Translations under genes and position numbers: made by a program | Part shown: in pieces, positions 26,723 through 36,388 of the stretch | How positions within the stretch are numbered: position 1 is the first letter of the stretch | How the letters are laid out: each line of letters opens with the position of its first letter | The notes under the pieces: model-generated | Told to the model about the DNA's origin: nothing | Seen by the model: only the letters and a program-made list of their open reading frames with translations | The model's database searches: none | DNA from: Clostridia bacterium | Lineage (GTDB): Bacteria > Bacillota > UBA994 > PWPR01 | Assembly (NCBI GenBank): GCA_003557085.1 | Contig: PWPR01000069.1 | Location: forward strand, 1 to 40,781 | Direction: 5' to 3' | DNA: 40,781 bases

Positions 26723-26750
26723 AAAGTCAGCTTTGAAGGCTGACTTTTTT
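26723..26750. other. Intergenic hairpin between the lipoprotein gene and the M20 gene
   Basis: AAAGTCAGC (26723-26731) pairs with GCTGACTTT (26739-26747). The T run lies on the plus-strand side only, although both flanking genes are on the minus strand. Confidence 0.5.
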
Positions 26751-27153
26751 ATTTAACTTCAAACCCAATACTTTCTTGCAGTTTATTATCAATATATATT
26801 CTTACTTCATATTTTCCAACAGGCCAACCTGAATCAGGAATACTCAAACTGAAGTTAAAATCACTCGTGACATTGCTGATTGTCATCTTTGCACTATCAA
26901 TGAATGTTTCTTCTCCTTCTATATAATACCATTCCCCCTTTATCTCTGTACTGCCTGGGTTGTTTTTTAGAACTCCTACTAAATAAAAGGCTTCTGTGTC
27001 TACTTCAAAAACATTTGCATATATGATTTCATCGCCTTCAACTTTTGCTAACTTAAGATCAGTAAAATTAGCTGTTGTAAAGCTTGCCTCACAACTACAA
27101 CTGGCAAACACTGTTAAAATTAAAATAGTATATAGAATCAACTTTATTCTCAT
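26749..27153 (-). CDS. Small lipoprotein with an uncharacterised beta-rich domain (paralogue of the C-terminus of the next gene)
   Basis: 134 aa. Signal peptide with lipobox LTVFAS-C. Domain motifs FEVDT, GEW and PDSGWPVGKYEVRIYI. Confidence 0.7.
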   Translation of the reverse strand: MRIKLILYTILILTVFASCSCEASFTTANFTDLKLAKVEGDEIIYANVFEVDTEAFYLVGVLKNNPGSTEIKGEWYYIEGEETFIDSAKMTISNVTSDFNFSLSIPDSGWPVGKYEVRIYIDNKLQESIGFEVK

Positions 27154-27159
27154 AAGTTA

Positions 27160-27819
27160 TTACCTTACTGAGAATTTCTTTCCAACTTGGAACTGACCTT
27201 GTACATAAACATTAACCTCATATGCACCAACAGGCCAGCCAGCATCTGGTTTACTAAAAGAGAAATAAGCATTCTGTGCTTCTTCTGTGGTATAAAGCTC
27301 CGCTACTGCTACTTGATCCCCCTCACATACCCACTCTCCTTGAATATCTGTACCAATAGGTAAGCCAGCCACACTAAAAGTTGCAAATATTTCCGGTGTA
27401 TCAACAGCGAAAGTGCTTGTGACGTTCATTGGCTGCAAGGTGCTCGCATTTACTCCCAGTGCAGTTTGCAGATTAGAAATATTACCACCTAAGAAAATTG
27501 ACGCTATAAAGACTATGACAATTAAGAATACTGCTAATAAGAATAGTTTCTTAATTATGCCACCTTTCTTTTTCTCTTTTACCTTCTTTTGTTTTTTAAA
27601 CTTAATTTCACCACTAGTGCCTATACTTGCTTCCTTGCCTTTAAAAAATGACTTTCTAGATGATTCTTGATCGTGTGTTAAACTGTTATAATCTCTAAAC
27701 TTTTCTCTTGTTGTATGCTCTTGCTGAGTCTGTTGATCATTACTTGCTACTTTAGCTCCACAGGACGTGCAAAACGCTGACCCTTTGTCCAGCTCTTTCC
27801 CACACTGCTTACAAAACAC
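27160..27819 (-). CDS. Zinc-ribbon / single-TM / extracytoplasmic-domain protein
   Basis: 219 aa. N-terminal CxxC..CxxC zinc ribbon (CKQCG..CTSCG), a Lys-rich linker and one TM. The C-terminal domain carries FAVDT, GEW and PDAGWPVGAYEVNVYV. GTG start lies 9 nt after GGAGG. Confidence 0.75.
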   Translation of the reverse strand: MFCKQCGKELDKGSAFCTSCGAKVASNDQQTQQEHTTREKFRDYNSLTHDQESSRKSFFKGKEASIGTSGEIKFKKQKKVKEKKKGGIIKKLFLLAVFLIVIVFIASIFLGGNISNLQTALGVNASTLQPMNVTSTFAVDTPEIFATFSVAGLPIGTDIQGEWVCEGDQVAVAELYTTEEAQNAYFSFSKPDAGWPVGAYEVNVYVQGQFQVGKKFSVR

Positions 27820-27965
27820 TTGTATACGCCTCCATTTCTCATATTGGGGCTCTAGAGCATAAAGAAATAATAATCAGATAAGGCACCATCTCCTTTATTA
27901 AAGACTCAACTTATAATTACTTCTCTTAACTATATTTTATTACATTTATTGAATAAATATAACCC

Positions 27966-28988
27966 TTACTCAAGATTATTATTTAAAAACTCTTCATAAT
28001 TTATCAGATTTTTTTGTAATAACTCAGGAGTATTAAGATCATATGGACATTTTTCTATACATTGCCCACAATCAATACAGTCATTTATTTTCTGCATGTT
28101 TTCTTGCCATTTTTCTGTTAAGAAGTTTTGATATACTGCTCTTCTAAGTAATAAAGACATCCTAGCAGCAGTATTAATTGGGATTCCCACTAGACATGGC
28201 ATGCAGTATCCACAGCCCCTGCAAAAGTCCTTGGCCAACTCATCTTGATATTCTTTTATTGCTTTCTTAATCTCTTTATCCATTATAGGTGGTGTAGCTT
28301 CATAAATTAAAAACTCATTAAGTTCCCAATCTTTTTGGACTCCCCATATTGGTACTACATTTTCATATTGCCTTAAAAAAGCAAAAGCAGCTTTGGCATT
28401 ATCAATTAGCCCTCCTGCGAGAGCTTTCATTGCAATTACTCCTACATTTGCCTTTTTTGCCTTTTCAATTAAATCTAAATCCCTTTTTGCAGATATTAAA
28501 CTCAAAGGGAATTGGATCGTCTCATAAAGACCACTTTCAATTGCTTTTTCAGCTATTTCTATACTATGAGTTGTTATACCAATATGTCTAATTTTCCCAG
28601 ATTCCTTTGCTTTAAGAAGAGCCCTATATAAGCCATCTTCAGAGGATTCTGTTGGCACAAACTTCATATTATGTAGCTGGTAAACATCTATATAATCTGT
28701 TTTTAGTTTACTTAAACTTGTACTTAAATGCTGCTCTAATTCCTCAGCTGTTTTGGCATGTGTTTTAGTTGCGATAATTATTTCACTTCTAACGTCACTA
28801 AGTGCATATCCAATTTTTTCTTCACTATCACTATATGCTCTAGCAGTATCAAAAAAATCTATTCCATATTCATAAGCTTTTCTGAGGATCTCTTTAGTAG
28901 TTTCCTTGTCTATTCTTTGGATTGGGAGTGCACCAAATCCAGTTCTGCTAATCTCAAGGTTTGTACGTCCAAGTATCATCTTATTCAT
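27966..28988 (-). CDS. Aldo/keto reductase with C-terminal 4Fe-4S ferredoxin-like Cys cluster
   Basis: 340 aa. AKR N-terminus (GFGALPIQR, DTARAYSDSE). C-terminal CRGCGYCMPC and CIDCGQCIEKCP. Confidence 0.8.
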   Translation of the reverse strand: MNKMILGRTNLEISRTGFGALPIQRIDKETTKEILRKAYEYGIDFFDTARAYSDSEEKIGYALSDVRSEIIIATKTHAKTAEELEQHLSTSLSKLKTDYIDVYQLHNMKFVPTESSEDGLYRALLKAKESGKIRHIGITTHSIEIAEKAIESGLYETIQFPLSLISAKRDLDLIEKAKKANVGVIAMKALAGGLIDNAKAAFAFLRQYENVVPIWGVQKDWELNEFLIYEATPPIMDKEIKKAIKEYQDELAKDFCRGCGYCMPCLVGIPINTAARMSLLLRRAVYQNFLTEKWQENMQKINDCIDCGQCIEKCPYDLNTPELLQKNLINYEEFLNNNLE

Positions 28989-29017
28989 TAACTATTTAAG
29001 CTCCTTCTCTTTAGGAT

Positions 29018-30274
29018 TTAATTAAATACTTTTTCAATTATCTCTAAAAAATCTTTATTGTTCTTGCTTAATCTTATGTTCTTAATAATTTCTTGGGTTT
29101 GGTTAATACTTGTCTCTGGGTTGATTGAGTTGCGTAGTTGCCAGATTACTTTAAGTTCATCTTCACTTATTAATAACTCTTCTCTTCTTGTGCTTGAACG
29201 AATTATATCAAGTGCAGGATAAATTCTTCTTTGAGCTAGCTTTCTATCTAGGTGAAGCTCCATATTCCCAGTACCCTTAAACTCTTCGTATATAACATCA
29301 TCCATCCTGCTCCCAGTGTTTACCAGAGCTGTTGCAATGATTGTTAAGCTGCCTCCATGCTCTATATTTCTTGCAGAACCATAAAAACTCTTTGGGTTAT
29401 ATAATGCTGCTGGATCCAACCCTCCTGATAAAGTCCTTCCACTTGGGCTAACTACTAAGTTTGATGCCCTTGCCAGTCTTGTTATACTATCAAGCAAGAT
29501 AACTACATCTCTTCCATGCTCTACTAAGCGCTTAGCTCTTTCACTAATCATCTCTGCAAGTTTCACATGGTTTTCTGGTCTTTCATCAAATGTAGATGCT
29601 AAAACTTCAGCCCTAGGACTTACTGAGCGTTCCATCTCTGTTACTTCTTCTGGTCTCTCATCAATTAAAAGTATAATTAAATATGCTTCTGGATGATTCT
29701 CTTCTATACTTTTAGCTATATTGCTCAATATTGTAGTTTTACCTGCTTTTGGTGGAGAAACTATTAACCCTCTTTGCCCTTTTCCTATTGGGCTAATAAT
29801 ATCAATTAATCTGGTAGATATCTCTCCATCTTCTCTTTCCAAAGTAAATTTTTCATTTGGATGAATAGGTGTCAAATTGCCAAAATCAATTCTTTGAGAG
29901 GCCTTCTCAGGATCTTCCCCATTAATTGCTTCTACAAACAAAAGTGCATAATACTTCTCTTTATCTTTTGGGGGCCTTACTTTTCCCGCGACTAGATCTC
30001 CAGAGTGCATACTAAACCTTCTAATTTGCGAAGGAGAAACATAAATGTCTTCATTGCTCGGTAAATAATTGATTGGCCTTAAAAAGCCATAGCCGTCGTT
30101 CATAATATCTAAAACACCTGAAGCAAAAATGAAGCCATCTTTTTCCACATTTGCTTTTAATATTTCAAAGACCAACTCTTTCTTTCTTAATCTTGAATAT
30201 CCATCAATTTCTAGTTCTTTTGCGATTGCTAACAGGTCTTGTATCGTTTTACTTTCTAATTCTTGAATATGCAT
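29018..30274 (-). CDS. rho: Transcription termination factor Rho
   Basis: 418 aa. Rho_N plus an OB/CSD-like RNA-binding domain, Walker [19 protein letters not shown], Walker [11 protein letters not shown] and the C-terminal RecA-like core. Confidence 0.97.
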   Translation of the reverse strand: MHIQELESKTIQDLLAIAKELEIDGYSRLRKKELVFEILKANVEKDGFIFASGVLDIMNDGYGFLRPINYLPSNEDIYVSPSQIRRFSMHSGDLVAGKVRPPKDKEKYYALLFVEAINGEDPEKASQRIDFGNLTPIHPNEKFTLEREDGEISTRLIDIISPIGKGQRGLIVSPPKAGKTTILSNIAKSIEENHPEAYLIILLIDERPEEVTEMERSVSPRAEVLASTFDERPENHVKLAEMISERAKRLVEHGRDVVILLDSITRLARASNLVVSPSGRTLSGGLDPAALYNPKSFYGSARNIEHGGSLTIIATALVNTGSRMDDVIYEEFKGTGNMELHLDRKLAQRRIYPALDIIRSSTRREELLISEDELKVIWQLRNSINPETSINQTQEIIKNIRLSKNNKDFLEIIEKVFN

Positions 30275-30355
30275 TGTAGGAGACCTCCTGAGGTTTTTGT
30301 TGAAGATTATGTTAGGTAAGAAGAAGGCTTAACCCTAAATTAAGCCTCCCATTTA

Positions 30356-31333
30356 TTATAGATCTTTCCAAACTGGTTTTTTATCTGAAAAGTGAGTTGC
30401 ACTGATAAAGCGGATAGTTCCGGTTTTTGATCTCATTACTAAAGTATGAGTCTCCGCTCCTCCCCCAAAGTATCTAACACCTTTGAGTGAATCCCCATCT
30501 GTAATGCCAGTGGCAGAAAAAATAACATCATTTCCTTTTACTAAATCATCCAACATTAATACTTGTTTCACATCTTCTAAGCCCATCTTCTTGCATCTTG
30601 CCAATTGTTCTGCATCTTCAGGCATAAGCCTTGCTTGCATATCCCCACCAAGACATTTTAGTGCTGCCGCTGCTAAAACACCTTCTGGAGCGCCACCAAT
30701 GCCAATTAACATATCTACACCTGTATTTGTCAGTGCTGCTGCAACTGCTGGGGCCACATCACCATCTGTAATAAGCTTACATCTAGCACCTGCTGCTCTA
30801 ACTTCTGCAATTTGTTTCTTATGTCTAGGTCTGTCTAGAAGAACAACTGTTAAGTCACTTATTTCACAATTTTTTGCCTTTGCTAAAGCTCTAAGGTTTT
30901 CAGTTACACTATTATTAATATCGATTTTTCCTTTTCCTTCAGGACCAACACATATTTTATCCATATACATATCTGGCGCGTGTAACAAACACCCTTCTGG
31001 TGCTACTGCTAATACAGCTATTGAGTTTGGCTGACCTTTTGCTACTAAGTTCGTGCCTTCTAAGGGATCAACTGCTATATCGACTTTTGCTCCTTTGCCA
31101 CTACCTACTTTTTCTCCAATGTAAAGCATTGGAGCTTCATCCATTTCACCCTCACCTATGACGACTGTACCATCAATATCAACTGTATCAAACATTGCTC
31201 GCATAGCTTTTACTGCTTCGTCGTCAGCTGAAATTTTATCTCCCTTGCCCATCCATCTTGCTGCTTCAAGAGCAGCCAATTCTGTTACACGAGCAAGCTC
31301 AAGTGAAAGTTGTCTATCCATTATTGATTTCAT
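30356..31333 (-). CDS. glpX: Class II fructose-1,6-bisphosphatase
   Basis: 325 aa. GlpX blocks [15 protein letters not shown] and [10 protein letters not shown]. Confidence 0.92.
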   Translation of the reverse strand: MKSIMDRQLSLELARVTELAALEAARWMGKGDKISADDEAVKAMRAMFDTVDIDGTVVIGEGEMDEAPMLYIGEKVGSGKGAKVDIAVDPLEGTNLVAKGQPNSIAVLAVAPEGCLLHAPDMYMDKICVGPEGKGKIDINNSVTENLRALAKAKNCEISDLTVVLLDRPRHKKQIAEVRAAGARCKLITDGDVAPAVAAALTNTGVDMLIGIGGAPEGVLAAAALKCLGGDMQARLMPEDAEQLARCKKMGLEDVKQVLMLDDLVKGNDVIFSATGITDGDSLKGVRYFGGGAETHTLVMRSKTGTIRFISATHFSDKKPVWKDL

Positions 31334-31341
31334 TATATCAT

Positions 31342-31986
31342 CTACCTTTGTGATTTCTTCCAGTCTGCTATAAATTTATCTAACCCTATCTCTGTTAAAG
31401 GATGCTTTAGCATATCATCAAGCACCTTAAAAGGTATAGTTGCTATGTCTGCTCCGGCAAGTGCTGCTTCTGTAACATGTCTTGGGTGTCTAATGCTAGC
31501 AGCAATTATTTCACAGTTAATATCAAAAAGACTAAATATCTCTGCTAACTCAACTACTACCTGCATGCCATCATGACCAATCTGATCTACTCTGCCAATA
31601 AATGGAGACACATATGTTGCCCCTGCTTTAGCTGCTAATAATCCTTGGTTTGCAGAAAAGACTAAAGTAACATTAGTTTTTATGCCTTCTTCACTTAATA
31701 TCTTGACTGCCTTTAAACCTTCTTTTGTCATCGGAATCTTAATGACAATGTTCTCAGCAATACCTGAAAGCTCCCTAGCTTCAGCTATCATTCCTTCACT
31801 ATCAGTTGCAATAACCTCAGCACTTACAGGTCCCTCAACCACTTTACATATTTGCCTTAAGATTTCCTTTTCATCTCCTATTTCCCGGGAAATAAGTGTG
31901 GGATTAGTTGTTACCCCCGCCACATAACCTAGCTCTAGAGATGATTTAATCTGATCTAAGTTTGCAGTATCAATATAAATTTTCAT
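31342..31986 (-). CDS. Transaldolase family 3B / fructose-6-phosphate aldolase
   Basis: 214 aa. [18 protein letters not shown] and the Schiff-base lysine context IVIKIPMT. Confidence 0.9.
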   Translation of the reverse strand: MKIYIDTANLDQIKSSLELGYVAGVTTNPTLISREIGDEKEILRQICKVVEGPVSAEVIATDSEGMIAEARELSGIAENIVIKIPMTKEGLKAVKILSEEGIKTNVTLVFSANQGLLAAKAGATYVSPFIGRVDQIGHDGMQVVVELAEIFSLFDINCEIIAASIRHPRHVTEAALAGADIATIPFKVLDDMLKHPLTEIGLDKFIADWKKSQR

Positions 31987-31992
31987 GATTCT

Positions 31993-32847
31993 CTAAGCTC
32001 TATTACTACTGCCAAATAGGCGAATCTTCTCTTTAACTATTTCTTTCATGGCACTTCTTGCTGGGCTTAAAATTTTTCTTGGGTCAAAGACTTCTGGATT
32101 ATCATTTACGTATTCATGTAAAGCCTTAGTAAATGCTTGTCTAATATTAGTATCAATATTAACTTTACAGATACCCATATCAATAGCCTTTCGAACTGCT
32201 TCTTCTGGCACTCCTGAAGCACCATGTAATACAAGTGGAGTATCAATTAGCTCAGTTATTCTTTTCAATCTTTCAAACCTAAGTTTTGGTTCACCCTTAT
32301 ATACTCCGTGTGCTGTTCCGATTGCTACAGCTAAAGCATCTACATTTGTCTGTTCTATAAAAGTCTTTGCTTCTTCTGGCACAGTAAAAGCTGCTTCACT
32401 CTCACTAACATGAATATCATCTTCTGTTCCGCCGATTCTTCCTAACTCAGCCTCAACAGTAACTCCCATTGGGTGAGCTGCCTCTACTACTTTCCTGGTT
32501 ATGGCTATATTATCCTCTAGTGGGTGCTTAGAGCCATCAATCATTACAGAAGTGAAACCTTTTCGTAAGCACATCATAACTTGATCAAAATCAGTTCCAT
32601 GGTCTAAATGCATAACTATTGGTACGTCAGCATTCTTCTCAGCAGCTCTAACTAGACCCATTATATAGTCAATACCAGCATACTTAAGAGCTCCTTGGCT
32701 AGCCTGTAAAATCACAGGTGCTCGCTCCTCAACTGCGGCCTCAATAATTGCTTGAACAATCTCCATATTGTTCGTGTTAAAAGCTCCTACTGCATACTTA
32801 TTGCGTTGTGCGTCTTCCAGTACTTCTCGCAAAGTTACAAAAGGCAT
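31993..32847 (-). CDS. fba: Class II fructose-1,6-bisphosphate aldolase
   Basis: Motifs HLDHG, LVLHGASG and AFNTNNME. ATG 32847 lies 7 nt after AGGAGG; the track start 32865 is an extension that contains the SD. Confidence 0.93.
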   Translation of the reverse strand: MPFVTLREVLEDAQRNKYAVGAFNTNNMEIVQAIIEAAVEERAPVILQASQGALKYAGIDYIMGLVRAAEKNADVPIVMHLDHGTDFDQVMMCLRKGFTSVMIDGSKHPLEDNIAITRKVVEAAHPMGVTVEAELGRIGGTEDDIHVSESEAAFTVPEEAKTFIEQTNVDALAVAIGTAHGVYKGEPKLRFERLKRITELIDTPLVLHGASGVPEEAVRKAIDMGICKVNIDTNIRQAFTKALHEYVNDNPEVFDPRKILSPARSAMKEIVKEKIRLFGSSNRA

Positions 32848-32969
32848 CTCTATTCCTCCTATCAATATATCTTCTTACATTATAACTTAATAAAACTATA
32901 AACTAAATGTAAAAAGAGAAAAACACAGACTTTGATGACCATTGTACTATGTACTTCTCAACTTTTTAA

Positions 32970-34166
32970 TTAAAAGACCTTAACCTGTCTTTTTTCTGCG
33001 CTAGCAATGCCACTTTTATGAGCCTCATTTGCCACTGCATGCGCAACCGCATCAGCTACTTTTTTATTAAAGACATCTGGCACTATATATTCTGGAGTAA
33101 GTTCATCTTCTGGTATTATATTAGCGATAGCATAGGCTGCTGCTATTTTCATTTCTTCTGTAATACTAGAGGCTCGTGCTTGAAGTGCACCTTTGAAAAC
33201 TCCAGGGAATACTGAAACATTATTAATTTGATTTGGAAAATCGCTTCTCCCGGTTCCAACAACAAGTGCTCCTCCAGCAAAAGCATCTTCTGGATAAATT
33301 TCTGGCACTGGATTAGCCATAGCAAATATAATTGAATTATTATTCATAGACCCAACCATTTCTTTAGATAATAAGTTTCCTAAAGATAAACCTATGAAAA
33401 CATCTGCTCCTTTTACTGCTTCAGACAAGTTGCCCTTTTTCTTGTGCGGGTTTGTTATTACTGCAAGCTCTTCTTGCATGCCATTGTTTTTCTCTGCTCC
33501 AGGATACAAAATTCCATAAGAAGATACTAATGTCATATTTTTTACACCAGCATTTAGCAAAATCTTAGCAACAGCACTCCCTGCTGCACCTATGCCATTT
33601 ATAACAACTTTAACATCACTGATATCTCTTTTAGCTATCTTCAATGCGTTTATCAGAGCAGCTAAAACAATAACTGCTGTTCCATGCTGGTCATCATGAA
33701 ACACTGGAATATCAAGCTCTTCGCTTAATCTTCTCTCTATCTCAAAGCACCTTGGTGATGCAATATCTTCTAAGTTTATACCACCAAAAGTTGGTGATAT
33801 GTTCTTTACTATATTTACAATCTCATCTACATCTGTAGTATCTAAGCAAATAGGTACTGCATCAACCCCAGCAAATGCCTTAAATAGAGCAGCTTTGCCT
33901 TCCATTACAGGATACGCCCCTAAAGGACCTAGATCTCCCAATCCTAGCACAGCTGTTCCATCTGTTACAACAGCTACAAGATTCCCTCTATTAGTATACT
34001 TGTATACATCATCCGGGTTTTTAAATATCTCTTTACATGGCTCAGCAACACCAGGTGTATATGCTAATCCTAAATCTTCTTTATTTTGTATATTTGCTTT
34101 AAGCTTCATTTCGATTTTGCCCTTATTCTCTTCGTGAAACTTTAATGCCTTCTCCCTAAAATCCAT
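32970..34166 (-). CDS. NAD(P)-dependent malic enzyme (short form)
   Basis: Motifs YTPGVA, FHDDQHGTA and INGIGAAG. ATG 34166 lies 7 nt after GGGAGGGA; the track TTG 34229 extension contains the SD. Confidence 0.9.
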   Translation of the reverse strand: MDFREKALKFHEENKGKIEMKLKANIQNKEDLGLAYTPGVAEPCKEIFKNPDDVYKYTNRGNLVAVVTDGTAVLGLGDLGPLGAYPVMEGKAALFKAFAGVDAVPICLDTTDVDEIVNIVKNISPTFGGINLEDIASPRCFEIERRLSEELDIPVFHDDQHGTAVIVLAALINALKIAKRDISDVKVVINGIGAAGSAVAKILLNAGVKNMTLVSSYGILYPGAEKNNGMQEELAVITNPHKKKGNLSEAVKGADVFIGLSLGNLLSKEMVGSMNNNSIIFAMANPVPEIYPEDAFAGGALVVGTGRSDFPNQINNVSVFPGVFKGALQARASSITEEMKIAAAYAIANIIPEDELTPEYIVPDVFNKKVADAVAHAVANEAHKSGIASAEKRQVKVF

Positions 34167-34237
34167 AAGAATCCCTCCCAATTTTGTGTTCACTACAACT
34201 TCAATTATATATTCTACATCAAATTGCAAAACCTTTT

Positions 34238-34315
34238 ATTGTTTTACAGGATTTAATCATTTTTTAATGAATTAGATTGTTTTTGCAGGATTTTATCATT
34301 TTATAATGAATTAGA
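34238..34315. repeat. Tandem direct repeat, 2 x ~39 bp, in the divergent malic-enzyme / prolyl-oligopeptidase intergenic region
   Basis: Unit 1 is TTGTTTTACAGGATTTAATCATTTTTTAATGAATTAGA. Unit 2 is TTGTTTTTGCAGGATTTTATCATTTTATAATGAATTAGA. By hand alignment about 35 of 39 positions are identical. Unit 2 carries a TATAAT. Confidence 0.8.
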
Positions 34316-34344
34316 AAGTATTACTGAATTGGAGGTACAAATCT

Positions 34345-36375
34345 ATGCAGAAATTTCGTATGGATAATGTAGTAGATAATTATCATGATACACTTATAGC
34401 TGATCCTTTTCGCTATCTTGAAGATCCTAACGATCCAGATACAGAAGAGTTTGTAAGCAAGCAAAATACTGAAACTAGGCAATACTTAAATGAATGCCCT
34501 GAACTTAATAACTATAGAGAAAGAATAAAAGAGCTTTGGAACTATGAAAAATTTTCTACACCTAAAAAATATGGTGATTATTTTTACTATTTTTATAATG
34601 ATGGGCTTAGTAATCAGCCAAAATTTATGCGCTCAACAAGCCTTGATCTAGATCAGGCAGAAATAGTCTTAGACCTAAACAAAATAGATGAGAGTGGGCA
34701 AACTGCTCTTAGTAGCTACTCTGTCAGTCCAAATGGTAGATATCTTGCTTACGGATTATCTGTTAGTGGTAGTGATTGGCAAACAATCTTAGTCAAAGAC
34801 ATTGAAACTGGCCAGGACTTAGCAGATGAAATTAGATGGTGTAAGTTTACTACACTTCCTTGGGTAGAAAACGATTCAGGTTTTTATTACTCGCGTTATC
34901 CAAATCCTAATTTGGTTAGTGAAGAAGACAGTAGTAAGTATAACAAAGTTTACTTTCACAAAATAGGATCACTTCAATCTGAGGATGAAATTATTGTTCA
35001 AGATGAGAATCCAAATAAGAGTTTTCGTCTTGAAATTTCAAAAGATTACAAACATATGATTCTTAATGTTTCAAAAGGTTCGTCTTCAGCTAATAACATT
35101 TGGTACAAAAGCATTGATAGTGAAGAATGTTTTACACCATTGATTGATACTGACTCAATCTCTCAGTTTTTGGGAGCTAAAAAAGATACCCTTTATTTTC
35201 TCACTAATGACTGTGCCCCCAGAAGAAGAGTAATTGCCATTGATCTTAACAATAAGGAAAAAGAAAACTGGCTTACTATAGTACCCGAGGGAATGGACGT
35301 AATCACTAATGCCGTAATGACTAACGAAGCCTTTGCCCTGGAGATAATGCATAATGCTCATCATCAAATAATGCTTTATAGCCATTCAGGTCAATTTATA
35401 AAAAGAATTGAACTACCTACTTTAGGGGCTATAACTGAGATAAATGCTGATTATGAGCAAAATCGCTTTTTCTTTGATTTTGCTTCTTACCTATATCCGC
35501 ATTCAATTTTTTCATGCAACATAGATAAAGGCAAGGCTCAACCACTATGGCAACCAGATATAGATTTTGATTTTAATGAATATGAAACATATCAAATATT
35601 TTACCCATCAAAGGATGGCACAGAAATACCTATGTTTATCAGCCATAAAAGAGGTCTTGAAAAAAATGGTCAAAACAAAACCTTCCTTTACGGCTATGGT
35701 GGCTTTAATGTTCCCAGAATACCAGAATTTAAAGCAAGTGACTTAGCTTGGCTTGAAAAAGGCCATATTTTTGCTGTTGCAAACCTCAGAGGTGGAAGTG
35801 AGTTTGGAGAAGAATGGCACCAAGCTGGTATGCTTGAGAAGAAGCATAATGTTTTTGATGATTTCATTGGTGCTGCAGAGTTTCTAATTAGGGAGGGCTA
35901 CACCACTAATAACAGGCTTGCTATTAAAGGAAGAAGCAATGGCGGCTTGTTAACGGCTGCATGTATGCTACAAAGACCAGACCTTTATGGAGCCGTAATC
36001 TCTCAAGTGCCTGTAATTGATATGTTTAGATATCATAAGTTCACTGTAGGAAGGTTTTGGATACCTGAATATGGCAATGCAGAGACTAACCCTAAACACT
36101 TTAGTTTCATGAATAAATACTCTCCACTACACAATATTAGGTTTGGCACTATTTATCCACCATTAATGATAGTAACTGCCAAAACAGATGATAGAGTAGT
36201 ACCAATGCATTCATATAAGTTTGCAGCTGCCTTGCAAACAGTTAATTTAGGAGATAATCCAATCTTATTAAGAGTTGAGTTTGGTGCAGGACATGGTAGT
36301 GGTAAACCTACAAATCTTCTAATTGAAGAAGAAGCTGACATTTATACATTTATAGAAAACACACTTAAAAACTAG
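34345..36375 (+). CDS. Prolyl oligopeptidase (S9A prolyl endopeptidase)
   Basis: 676 aa. N-terminal beta-propeller region, then catalytic Ser in GRSNGG, Asp in TDDRV and His in GAGHGSG. Confidence 0.9.
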   Translation: MQKFRMDNVVDNYHDTLIADPFRYLEDPNDPDTEEFVSKQNTETRQYLNECPELNNYRERIKELWNYEKFSTPKKYGDYFYYFYNDGLSNQPKFMRSTSLDLDQAEIVLDLNKIDESGQTALSSYSVSPNGRYLAYGLSVSGSDWQTILVKDIETGQDLADEIRWCKFTTLPWVENDSGFYYSRYPNPNLVSEEDSSKYNKVYFHKIGSLQSEDEIIVQDENPNKSFRLEISKDYKHMILNVSKGSSSANNIWYKSIDSEECFTPLIDTDSISQFLGAKKDTLYFLTNDCAPRRRVIAIDLNNKEKENWLTIVPEGMDVITNAVMTNEAFALEIMHNAHHQIMLYSHSGQFIKRIELPTLGAITEINADYEQNRFFFDFASYLYPHSIFSCNIDKGKAQPLWQPDIDFDFNEYETYQIFYPSKDGTEIPMFISHKRGLEKNGQNKTFLYGYGGFNVPRIPEFKASDLAWLEKGHIFAVANLRGGSEFGEEWHQAGMLEKKHNVFDDFIGAAEFLIREGYTTNNRLAIKGRSNGGLLTAACMLQRPDLYGAVISQVPVIDMFRYHKFTVGRFWIPEYGNAETNPKHFSFMNKYSPLHNIRFGTIYPPLMIVTAKTDDRVVPMHSYKFAAALQTVNLGDNPILLRVEFGAGHGSGKPTNLLIEEEADIYTFIENTLKN

Positions 36376-36388
36376 GAGGTAGTAAATT

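Noticed and set aside
27820-27965. 16-codon ORF (MVPYLIIISLCSRAPI) downstream of an AAAGGAG in the AKR / zinc-ribbon intergenic region
   Set aside because: The AAGGAG abuts the ATG with zero spacing, and the peptide has no recognisable features. The region is more simply the promoter and 5' UTR of the zinc-ribbon gene.
30483-31034. 183-aa plus-strand ORF inside glpX
   Set aside because: It is a shadow ORF opposite a highly conserved gene. The composition is Ala/Ser/Pro-rich and low-complexity, with no ribosome-binding site.
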